A program made the position numbers and the translations under genes. Under the pieces are notes generated by a model. The model did no database searches and was not told the origin of the DNA. It saw nothing but the letters and a program-made list of their open reading frames with translations. A DNA stretch of 39,181 nt from Eubacteriales bacterium (lineage in GTDB: Bacteria > Bacillota > Clostridia > Oscillospirales > CAG-272). This document shows positions 17,255 to 24,728 of this stretch, in pieces (the first letter of the stretch is position 1; every line of letters begins with the position of its first letter). The stretch covers positions 1 through 39,181 of the forward strand of contig JBJFHS010000250.1 in assembly GCA_051893885.1 (NCBI GenBank), written 5' to 3'.

Positions 17255-17803
17255 ATGTCGAAGATAAAAAATAAAATCGGCGGAATTTTCGCGGCAATAT
17301 GCGAGCTCGCTGTCGGAATTCTCCTGTTTATCGACGCAGCCATGTTTACAAAGGGCATAATTACGGTTTTTGGCGTAATCATAGCTCTGCTCGGTGTTGT
17401 CAGTGTAATCAACTATTTCCGCCAGCCCCCGTATGAGGCTGTTGTGAGCCACACGATGGCGCGCGGTCTGCTTGAGATAATACTCGGCATTTTCTGCGCG
17501 GTGAAGGCGGACTGGTTTCTGGAAGTATTCTCGGTTGTCGCGATAATTTACGGCGTGATTACGCTTGTAGTCGGAGCGGTGAAAATTGAGGCGGCGTTTG
17601 ATATGCTGCGCCTGAAAAACAAAAACTGGATCTGGCTCGGGCTGAGTGCGCTGATAACGATAATCTGTGCGGTGGTTATAATGGCAAATCCTTTCACCAC
17701 GACGAAGGTGCTGTGGATTTTCGCCGGAGTATCGCTTACCGTTGAAGGGCTGATTGACCTTATCTGCGCATTTTTCTCCGGCAGCGTTGATTTGAAGAAA
17801 TAA
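17255..17803 (+). CDS. HdeD/DUF308 family membrane protein
   Basis: It has six TM helices made of repeated short hairpins (GI.L...G......F). The RBS is GAAGGAG. Confidence 0.7.
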   Translation: MSKIKNKIGGIFAAICELAVGILLFIDAAMFTKGIITVFGVIIALLGVVSVINYFRQPPYEAVVSHTMARGLLEIILGIFCAVKADWFLEVFSVVAIIYGVITLVVGAVKIEAAFDMLRLKNKNWIWLGLSALITIICAVVIMANPFTTTKVLWIFAGVSLTVEGLIDLICAFFSGSVDLKK

Positions 17804-18010
17804 CGGCTTTTCGGGATGAACAATAATAATTTTCGGTCAGCAGAATAAAGAGAAAACGGGGTTACTGCCGCTCGCAGCAATCTCGTTTTTCTTTAAACTT
17901 TGAAATACTCTTGACTTGTCAGATTTTTTCTTACATATAAATATGGACTAAACACGCGGAATATGTTAAAATATATCGTAAAAACATAAAATCAAAAAGG
18001 CAAAAACCAG

Positions 18011-20593
18011 ATGAAGAAAACTGTTGTCGGAATAATAGCCCACGTCGATGCCGGAAAAACCACACTGGCGGAGGCGATGCTCTACCGCGCTGGCAGAATC
18101 AAAAAACAGGGCAGAGTCGATAAGCGCGATACTTTCCTCGATACCCATGAAATAGAACGGGAGCGCGGAATTACAATATTTTCCAAAATGGCGCGGCTTA
18201 GCGTGGAGAAAAGCGTAATAATTCTGCTTGATACCCCCGGACACGTCGATTTTTCCGCGGAAACCGAGCGAAGCCTCTCCGTCCTCGACTGCGCAGTCCT
18301 CGTCATAAGCGGGAGCGAGGGAGTTCAGGCGCATACAGAAACTCTGTGGTCTCTCCTTGCCAAACATAGGATTCCAACCTTTATTTTCGTGACGAAAATG
18401 GACCTCGCGGGGAGCGACAGAAATTCGGTCATGCGTGAGCTGAAAAATTCATTCGGAGACGGCGCTGTGGATTTCGGAGCGGAGGACAGCGCAAAAAACG
18501 AGAGCATAGCACTCTGCGACGAAGCACTGTTTGAAAAATACCTCGCCTCCGGTGTGATCACAGATGAGGAAACTGCCTCGCTTATAGCAGACCGTCGCCT
18601 TTTTCCGTGCTTCTTCGGCAGCGGTTTAAAGCTCGACGGCGTTGACGACCTCCTGCGCGCGCTCGACAGCCTCACAAAAGAGAGAAATTACTCCGACAGC
18701 TTTGCAGCCAAAGTCTATAAAATAGCGCACGACCCCGGCGGAAACCGGCTCACTTATATGAAAATCACCGGCGGAGCTCTGTCAAACCGTCAGATTGTCG
18801 ATTATTCCGCCGACGGAGAGAATTTTTCGGAAAAAATAAGCGGCATACGGCTGTACTCCGGAGCGAAATTTGAAAGTGCGGAAAACGTGTGTGCGGGAGA
18901 GATATGCGCGGTCACTGGGCTGAGCAAAACCTTCGCCGGTCAGGGAATCGGAGGGGAAAAAGGTGAAGATGCGCCGAGCCTTGTCCCCGTCATGAGCTAT
19001 CGCATAAAGCTGCCGCCGGAGGTGTCTCCTGTTCTGTTTCTCCCGAAGCTGCGTGAGCTCGAGGAGGAAGAACCGCTGCTCGGAATCGTCTGGAACGAAC
19101 GCTTCGGCGAAATCCACGCTCAGATTATGGGTCAGGTGCAGACGGAGGTTCTTTCGCGCCTGATATCGGACAGGTTTTCGATAGATGTCGGGTTCGACGA
19201 CGGAAGAATCATGTATAAGGAAACCGTGACCGGGACGGCTGAGGGTGTGGGACATTTCGAGCCGCTGCGCCACTATGCAGAGGTGCATCTCAAAATTGAG
19301 CCGATGCCTCGCGGAAGCGGACTTGTGTTTGACGCCGATTGCGTTGAAAATACGCTCGATACAAACTGGCAGCGGCTGATTCTGACCCACCTCGAGGAAA
19401 AAACACACCTCGGAGTCATGACCGGCTCGCCGATTACGGATGCGAAAATCACTCTCGTCAGCGGAAGGGCGCATCTCAAGCACACACAGGGCGGCGATTT
19501 CCGTGAAGCAACCTACCGCGCGCTCAGACAGGGGCTGATGACTCTGCGCTCAATGGGAAAAACCGAGCTGCTCGAGCCGTATTACGCGTTCAGACTGGAG
19601 CTGCCCGGAGAGTATGTCGGCAGAGCAATATCGGACATCACCGCAAAGTTCGGAAGTATATCGGAGCATGAGGCGCGGGAGGAGCTTTCTTCCCTCACAG
19701 GACTGGTTCCGGTGTCCGAGATGAGCGAATACGCAAATGAGGTCGCGGCTTATACACACGGAAAGGGAAGACTCTCGCTGCACTTCGACGGCTTCTATCC
19801 CTGCCACAACACCGACGAGGTTGTCGAAAAATACGCATACGACCCGACAGCCGACATGGACAACACACCCGACAGCGTTTTCTGCTCACACGGCGCGGGC
19901 TTTATCGTTCCGTGGAATTCAGTTCCGCAGTATATGCACCTTGAAATGAGATTCGCCGAAAGCATAGACAATGATGCGCCGGAAGAAATTCCAAAGCCGA
20001 AGATTATCGAGAAAAACCTCAATATCGACGAAAAAGAGCTCGAGGCGATCATGGAGCGTGAGTTCGGCCCGATCCGACGCCCGGTCTACTCAGAGGCGAG
20101 AAAGCCGGTCATAGCAAACGAGCGGGCGAAAAAACCAAAAAAATCGCTGTATATCGTCGACGGGTATAACGTGATTTTCGCGTGGGATGAACTGGCAGCC
20201 ATCGCCGAATACGACCTTGAGGGTGCGAGAGTCAAGCTGTGCGATATTTTAGCCAACTATAAGGCGTTTACCGGGCGTGACATCATTCTGGTTTTCGATG
20301 CGTACAACGTAAAAGGAGCGGTTCGGCGGAAGCTTGACTATCACGGCCTTGCTGTCGTCTATACCAAGGAGGGCGAGCTCGGCGACACGTATATCGAAAA
20401 GCTCGTTTACGAAATCGGAGAGGATTTTTCAGTCCGCGTAATCACCTCCGACGCACTCATACAGCTTCAGGCACTGCGCTCGGGTGTACTCAGAATGTCT
20501 GCGAGGGAGTTCAGGGATGAGGTAATCAAAAACGACGCGGAGATTGAAAAAATACTGTTGAAGCTCAGTCAGAAGCCCCGCGAAAAAAAATAA
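18011..20593 (+). CDS. Fusion protein: TetM/EF-G-like translational GTPase (aa 1 to about 645) plus linker plus YacP/Rae1-type NYN ribonuclease domain (aa about 712-850)
   Basis: The GTPase motifs are G1 AHVDAGKT, RGITI, G3 DTPGH and G4 TKMD, and the body is collinear with Tet(M)/EF-G domains II-V. The C-terminus reads LYIVDGYNVIFAW...LVFDAYN...GDTYIEKL...ITSDALIQ, matching B. subtilis YacP/Rae1. The reading frame is uninterrupted. Confidence 0.85.
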   Translation: MKKTVVGIIAHVDAGKTTLAEAMLYRAGRIKKQGRVDKRDTFLDTHEIERERGITIFSKMARLSVEKSVIILLDTPGHVDFSAETERSLSVLDCAVLVISGSEGVQAHTETLWSLLAKHRIPTFIFVTKMDLAGSDRNSVMRELKNSFGDGAVDFGAEDSAKNESIALCDEALFEKYLASGVITDEETASLIADRRLFPCFFGSGLKLDGVDDLLRALDSLTKERNYSDSFAAKVYKIAHDPGGNRLTYMKITGGALSNRQIVDYSADGENFSEKISGIRLYSGAKFESAENVCAGEICAVTGLSKTFAGQGIGGEKGEDAPSLVPVMSYRIKLPPEVSPVLFLPKLRELEEEEPLLGIVWNERFGEIHAQIMGQVQTEVLSRLISDRFSIDVGFDDGRIMYKETVTGTAEGVGHFEPLRHYAEVHLKIEPMPRGSGLVFDADCVENTLDTNWQRLILTHLEEKTHLGVMTGSPITDAKITLVSGRAHLKHTQGGDFREATYRALRQGLMTLRSMGKTELLEPYYAFRLELPGEYVGRAISDITAKFGSISEHEAREELSSLTGLVPVSEMSEYANEVAAYTHGKGRLSLHFDGFYPCHNTDEVVEKYAYDPTADMDNTPDSVFCSHGAGFIVPWNSVPQYMHLEMRFAESIDNDAPEEIPKPKIIEKNLNIDEKELEAIMEREFGPIRRPVYSEARKPVIANERAKKPKKSLYIVDGYNVIFAWDELAAIAEYDLEGARVKLCDILANYKAFTGRDIILVFDAYNVKGAVRRKLDYHGLAVVYTKEGELGDTYIEKLVYEIGEDFSVRVITSDALIQLQALRSGVLRMSAREFRDEVIKNDAEIEKILLKLSQKPREKK

Positions 20594-20648
20594 CAGGCAC
20601 TTCCGATGCCGCATATACTGGATAAAAACAGTATCTGAGAGGGAAAAT

Positions 20649-21194
20649 ATGCTTGTTACAAAGGAGTACGACAGAATTCGGGCGGTGGAGTATGCTCGCA
20701 GGTGGGCGTTTGACCGAAGTCCGCTGTTCGAGAGCTACAACGGAATTGGAGGGGACTGCACTAATTTCGTTTCACAGTGTGTTTACGCCGGAAGCTGCGT
20801 CATGAATTTCACCCGCGATTTCGGATGGTATTACATATCCCCGACAAACCGCGCGCCCGCATGGACAGGTGTAGAGTTTTTCTATAATTTCATGACGGAA
20901 AACCGCGGTGTCGGCCCGTTTGCGAGAGAAACCTACCCGGGAGGTCTTGCACCGGGAGACGTAATCCAGCTCGGCACACTTGAGGGGGATTATTACCACA
21001 CTTTGCTGGTCACGGGAAGCGAGGGCGGGGTTTACCTTGTCGCCGCACACTCAAACGACGCACTCGACAGACCGCTCGACACATATGAGTACGACAGAGC
21101 CCGTTTTCTTAAAATAGAAGGGGTAAGAGCAGAATTTCCGGATGAAGCCTTCAGGGACTGCTTTGAGGATTTCTATAACGGAGAGGGTTTCTGA
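20649..21194 (+). CDS. Putative amidase-domain (Amidase_6 / NlpC-P60-like papain fold) protein, cytoplasmic
   Basis: It contains GGDCTNFVSQCVYAG (candidate nucleophile Cys) and later YHTLLV/AAHSND His motifs. It has no signal peptide. The RBS is GAGAGGGA. Confidence 0.65.
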   Translation: MLVTKEYDRIRAVEYARRWAFDRSPLFESYNGIGGDCTNFVSQCVYAGSCVMNFTRDFGWYYISPTNRAPAWTGVEFFYNFMTENRGVGPFARETYPGGLAPGDVIQLGTLEGDYYHTLLVTGSEGGVYLVAAHSNDALDRPLDTYEYDRARFLKIEGVRAEFPDEAFRDCFEDFYNGEGF

Positions 21195-21233
21195 AATATT
21201 GAATCACGGGGGACAAAAAATCTCGCTTTTCTA

Positions 21234-21262
21234 TTGACAAAACGTTAAACCTGTGATAAAAT
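21234..21262 (+). promoter_or_regulatory. Sigma-A type promoter for tRNA-Ser
   Basis: TTGACA (21234-21239), exactly 17 nt, then TGaTAAAAT (21257-21262). Confidence 0.6.
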
Positions 21263-21309
21263 ATAAAACAGTGACGATAAGTGCGTTGCCGCTGTCGGAT
21301 GCAATACGC

Positions 21310-21398
21310 GCAGGGTTATCGAAGCGGTCATAACGAGGCGGTCTTGAAAACCGTTTGAGGGCAACCTCACGTGAGTTCGAATCTCACACCCTGCGCCA
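21310..21398 (+). tRNA. tRNA-Ser (anticodon UGA), class II with long variable arm, CCA encoded
   Basis: The sequence is GCAGGGT-TA-TCG/AAGCGGTCATAA/CGA-G-GCGGT-CTTGAAA-ACCGT-TTGAGGGCAACCTCAC-GTGAG-TTCGAAT-CTCAC-ACCCTGC-G-CCA. Confidence 0.9.
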
Positions 21399-21401
21399 CT
21401 G

Positions 21402-21439
21402 TGGAGTTGAAACTAAGGTTTTGACTCCATTTTTATTTT
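21402..21439 (+). terminator. Intrinsic terminator after tRNA-Ser
   Basis: TGGAGT (21402-21407) pairs with ACTCCA (21424-21429), with an inner AAAC/GTTT pairing. TTTTTATTTT follows. Confidence 0.75.
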
Positions 21440-21452
21440 GCCGGATTACGAT

Positions 21453-21496
21453 AAAAAATAAAAGGCGGGGAGCTTTTCCATCGAAGTTCACCCGCC
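21453..21496 (-). terminator. Intrinsic terminator after the alpha-galactosidase gene
   Basis: On the minus strand, GGCGGG (21496-21491) pairs with CCCGCC (21469-21464), followed by TTTTATTTTTT. Confidence 0.7.
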
Positions 21497-21503
21497 ATTT
21501 TTA

Positions 21504-22766
21504 TTATGTAAGCAGAAACGCCGCCGACTCGTGTGGACGCAGCTTAACTCTGATTCCGTCCTCCGCGTCAGATTCTTCCTTTGTCCAGAGGTTGAGCGCG
21601 TGGTTGAGCTCGGTTTCGAGGTCGCAAAGACTGATTTCGGCCTCAGTTTCAACTTCTCCCACGTTGAATATCGCAGCGTACTGCCCGCCGTCAGCCTTCA
21701 CCGCCGTCCAGAGCACCAGTTCGCAGCCCTCAGCTGACTTTTTCCGCCATACCTGATGCGCGTGACGCGATTTCTGCGACATTTCGATGAGCTCGGGATT
21801 GGTGAGCAGGCTCATCGTGAAGCCGTCAAAGCGCGTCATGTCGCCGCCGATCATCAGAGGTGAGCGGAAAATGCACCACAGGTTCAGCATGGTAATCTGC
21901 TCGTCAACTGTAAAAATGGTGTGGTTTTCGCAACCGTAAATCTGACGTATCGGGCCTATCGGGAGCATATCCGCGTCGGGGAAGTGACCTGCGGAGGTGT
22001 GAATCGACCACTTTTCGCACCGCTCGAACATACTATATAAAAGCTGCCACGAGTCCCAGAAGTCGTCGGTGATGCGCCACATATTCGAGGTCTCGCGGTA
22101 CAGCTGAGCGAACTCGAGCTTTGCCGGGCCGGGAGACAGGCTCAGCACAATATCGCGCCCGCAGTTTTTCATCGCGTCGGAGAGAAGGCGCAGCTCGTCC
22201 TCACATCGCGGCATTTCGCGGGCAATGTCGTCGCACTTGATGAAATCCACACCCCACTCGGCGTAGAGCTCGAAAATCGAGGCGTAATACTCCCTCGCAC
22301 CGTCGCGGCTGGGGTTCACACCGTACATATCGCCGTTCCAGCCGCAAATACTCGATGCGTCGGCTATTTTGTCCGCGGAGAGGGATGAGCCCTTTACCGG
22401 CAGTCTTCTGTGTACGGCGTCGCGCGGGATTCCCCTCATGATGTGGATGCCGAATTTCAATCCGAGCGAGTGGATGTAATCGGCAAGCGGCCTGAATCCG
22501 GCGCCGTTCGCTGATGACGGGAACCGGTTTTCTGCGGGAATTAGTCTGCCGAAGCCGTCCATTGCGAGTTCGGGAAAGGCGTTGTAGTTATGCGAGGAAG
22601 CGGTGGGCTCGTACCACTGGATATCGACGACGATGTACTCCCAGCCGTATTTTTTGAGATTTGCTGCCATGAATTCTGCGTTGGCACGAACAATATCCTC
22701 ATTTACCGCCGCTCCGTAGCAGTCCCACGAGTTCCAGCCCATGTAAGGCGTAGCTGCTTTTTTCAC
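21504..22766 (-). CDS. Alpha-galactosidase, glycoside hydrolase family 27 type, cytoplasmic
   Basis: It contains TPYMGWNSW and DFIKCDD motifs and a (beta/alpha)8 plus C-terminal beta domain layout. The likely start is the GTG at 22766, 8 nt after GGAGG. The ORF-track GTG at 22775 overlaps the RBS. Confidence 0.85.
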   Translation of the reverse strand: MKKAATPYMGWNSWDCYGAAVNEDIVRANAEFMAANLKKYGWEYIVVDIQWYEPTASSHNYNAFPELAMDGFGRLIPAENRFPSSANGAGFRPLADYIHSLGLKFGIHIMRGIPRDAVHRRLPVKGSSLSADKIADASSICGWNGDMYGVNPSRDGAREYYASIFELYAEWGVDFIKCDDIAREMPRCEDELRLLSDAMKNCGRDIVLSLSPGPAKLEFAQLYRETSNMWRITDDFWDSWQLLYSMFERCEKWSIHTSAGHFPDADMLPIGPIRQIYGCENHTIFTVDEQITMLNLWCIFRSPLMIGGDMTRFDGFTMSLLTNPELIEMSQKSRHAHQVWRKKSAEGCELVLWTAVKADGGQYAAIFNVGEVETEAEISLCDLETELNHALNLWTKEESDAEDGIRVKLRPHESAAFLLT

Positions 22767-22884
22767 TTTCTGCACCTCCGTTTGATTGATTTTTATTTGA
22801 TTTTAACATTTATTCGGCTCATATGTCAATATGGTTAAAGGAATTAACTTTTTTTGTGAGTTCCTCAACAAATTCACGTTACAT

Positions 22885-22922
22885 AAAAAAGCCGAGGCAG
22901 GGAAACTGATCCGTACCTCGGC
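22885..22922 (-). terminator. Intrinsic terminator ending the hydrogenase operon
   Basis: On the minus strand, GCCGAGG (22922-22916) pairs with CCTCGGC (22897-22891), followed by TTTTTT. Confidence 0.8.
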
Positions 22923-22958
22923 TGAATTTATTGTATTAAGCTGCGCAGGAAAAGCGAA

Positions 22959-24704
22959 TTAAAGTCCGCGCTTTACGTAATGTGTGTGGAGCAGCTCGTG
23001 AGCTTTGTGTGAGTTCGGCTCGCCGAGATATTCCTCGTAAACCTTCTTGATGATCGGGTTTTCGTGGGACTTTCTGTACTCGAGCTTTTCGGAATCCGCC
23101 TTGTAGAGAACGGACGCGCGGAGAGACTTGAGGTCCACATTGTTGCGAACGGACGCAGGCTGTGTGGGCTGACCGCCGCCGTTTACACATCCGCCGGGAC
23201 AAGCCATGATTTCGATGAACTGTACATCGTATGTGCCGTCCTGTACGCCGCGGAGGAGCTTGTTTGCGTTGGCTGTACCGGAAGCAACCGCAACCTTGAG
23301 CTCAATGTCGCCGATCTTGTACTTAGCAAACTTGATTCCCTCTGTTCCGCGTACTTCTTCAAAGTCAACCTTTTCAAGCGGCTTTCCTTCGATGACTTCC
23401 GCTGCGGTACGGAGAGCAGCCTCCATTACGCCGCCTGTTGCACCGAAGATTGCGCCGGCTCCGGAACCGATGTCGATAGGCTGGTCGAACTTTTCGTCCT
23501 CGAGAGACTTGAAGTCGATACCTGCCATCTCGATCATTCTGCCGAGCTCACGTGTGGTAACGGCGATGTCAACTCCGGGAAGTCCGTTTACGTCCTGACC
23601 GTCTCTGCCAACCTCGAACTTCTTGGCTGTGCAGGGGATAGCGGAAACGAATACGATATCCTCGGGGTTCAGACCCATCTTTTCTGCGAAATAGGTCTTG
23701 TAAATCGCACCGAACATCTGCTGAGGAGACTTGCAGGTTGAGAGGTTTTCAGTCATTTCGGGGAAGTAGTGTTCGCAGTACTTGACCCATCCGGGTGAGC
23801 AGGAGGTGATCATCGGGAGTGCGCCGCCGTTCTTTACTCTGCCGATGAATTCGTTAGCTTCTTCCATGATTGTCAGGTCAGCCGTGAAGTTCATGTCGTA
23901 TACGCCGTCGAATCCGAGCTTCTTGAGAGCAGCAACCATCTTGCCTTCTGTGTCTGTGCCGGGTTCATAGCCGAAGCATTCGCCGATTGTAGCACGAACG
24001 GAAGGAGCGCAGCAGATTGCAACGTGCTTTGTGGGGTCGGAGATGGCGTCGAAGATCTTCTGTGTGTCGTCTCTTTCGTAGAGAGCACCGACAGGGCAGG
24101 CGACGATGCACTGACCGCAGTTGATGCAGGAGGTCTCTGCAAGGGGTTTTTCAAACGCACATTCAATTTTTGCGTCATAGCCGCGGTTTGCGGTTCCGAT
24201 AGCGCCGATGCCCTGGAGCTTGTTGCAGGCAGCTACGCAGCGGCGGCAGAGGATACATTTGGACGAGTCTCTGATGATGGAGACGGAGGAGTCGTCGATG
24301 TCAGCCGTTGTGGGCTTCTGTGAGTAGCAGAAACGGTCCTCGTCAACCTTGTATTCCTGAGCGAGCTTCTGGAGTTCGCAGGTAGTGGAGCGGATACAGG
24401 TGAGACATTTCTTGTTGTGAGCGGAGAGAACGAGCTCGAGGTTTGTCTTTCTGACCTGTCTGATTTTGGGGGTGTTAGTCTGAATCTCCATGCCCTCGTT
24501 TACGGGGTACACGCAGGAGGCAACAAGACCTCTCGCGCCCTTGACCTCAACAAGGCAGAGACGGCACGCGCCGATCTGGTTGATGTCCTTGAGGTAGCAG
24601 AGAGTGGGGATGTCGATATTCGCGTACTTGCAGGCTTCGAGAACGGTAATGCCCGCCGGAACGGAATAATCGGCGCCGTTTATTTTTACATTTACCATAT
24701 CCAT
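22959..24704 (-). CDS. hydA: [FeFe]-hydrogenase catalytic subunit HydA of a HydABC/Hnd-type (NuoE/F-linked) enzyme
   Basis: It has an N-terminal 2Fe-2S ferredoxin fold, NuoG-like clusters and two 4Fe-4S motifs. The H-cluster motifs are TSCSPGW, IPCTAKKFE and EIMACPGGCVNGGGQP. The start is ambiguous (TTG 24728, TTG 24713 or ATG 24704). Confidence 0.9.
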   Translation of the reverse strand: MDMVNVKINGADYSVPAGITVLEACKYANIDIPTLCYLKDINQIGACRLCLVEVKGARGLVASCVYPVNEGMEIQTNTPKIRQVRKTNLELVLSAHNKKCLTCIRSTTCELQKLAQEYKVDEDRFCYSQKPTTADIDDSSVSIIRDSSKCILCRRCVAACNKLQGIGAIGTANRGYDAKIECAFEKPLAETSCINCGQCIVACPVGALYERDDTQKIFDAISDPTKHVAICCAPSVRATIGECFGYEPGTDTEGKMVAALKKLGFDGVYDMNFTADLTIMEEANEFIGRVKNGGALPMITSCSPGWVKYCEHYFPEMTENLSTCKSPQQMFGAIYKTYFAEKMGLNPEDIVFVSAIPCTAKKFEVGRDGQDVNGLPGVDIAVTTRELGRMIEMAGIDFKSLEDEKFDQPIDIGSGAGAIFGATGGVMEAALRTAAEVIEGKPLEKVDFEEVRGTEGIKFAKYKIGDIELKVAVASGTANANKLLRGVQDGTYDVQFIEIMACPGGCVNGGGQPTQPASVRNNVDLKSLRASVLYKADSEKLEYRKSHENPIIKKVYEEYLGEPNSHKAHELLHTHYVKRGL

Positions 24705-24728
24705 ATTGTTCAATTCCGACCCTTTCAA

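Noticed and set aside
18782-19483. A 233-aa minus-strand ORF inside the GTPase-NYN gene.
   Set aside because: It is antisense to the conserved EF-G-like domains and has no RBS or family signal.
18011-19945. The GTPase portion as an acquired tet(M/O/W)-type tetracycline resistance gene on a mobile element.
   Set aside because: There are no Tn916-like, integrase, relaxase or leader-peptide features nearby. The flanking genes are chromosomal housekeeping-type. The similarity is at family level and comes with a unique C-terminal nuclease fusion. Resistance function cannot be excluded without testing.
21310-21398. The possibility that the long-variable-arm tRNA is tRNA-Sec.
   Set aside because: The anticodon loop CTTGAAA gives anticodon UGA, which reads the Ser codon UCA, not UCA. 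The acceptor and T-arm geometry is the standard 7/5 and not 8/5 or 9/4. This is an ordinary class II tRNA-Ser.
21355-21756. A 133-aa plus-strand ORF.
   Set aside because: It starts inside tRNA-Ser, runs through two terminators, and then runs antisense into the alpha-galactosidase gene.
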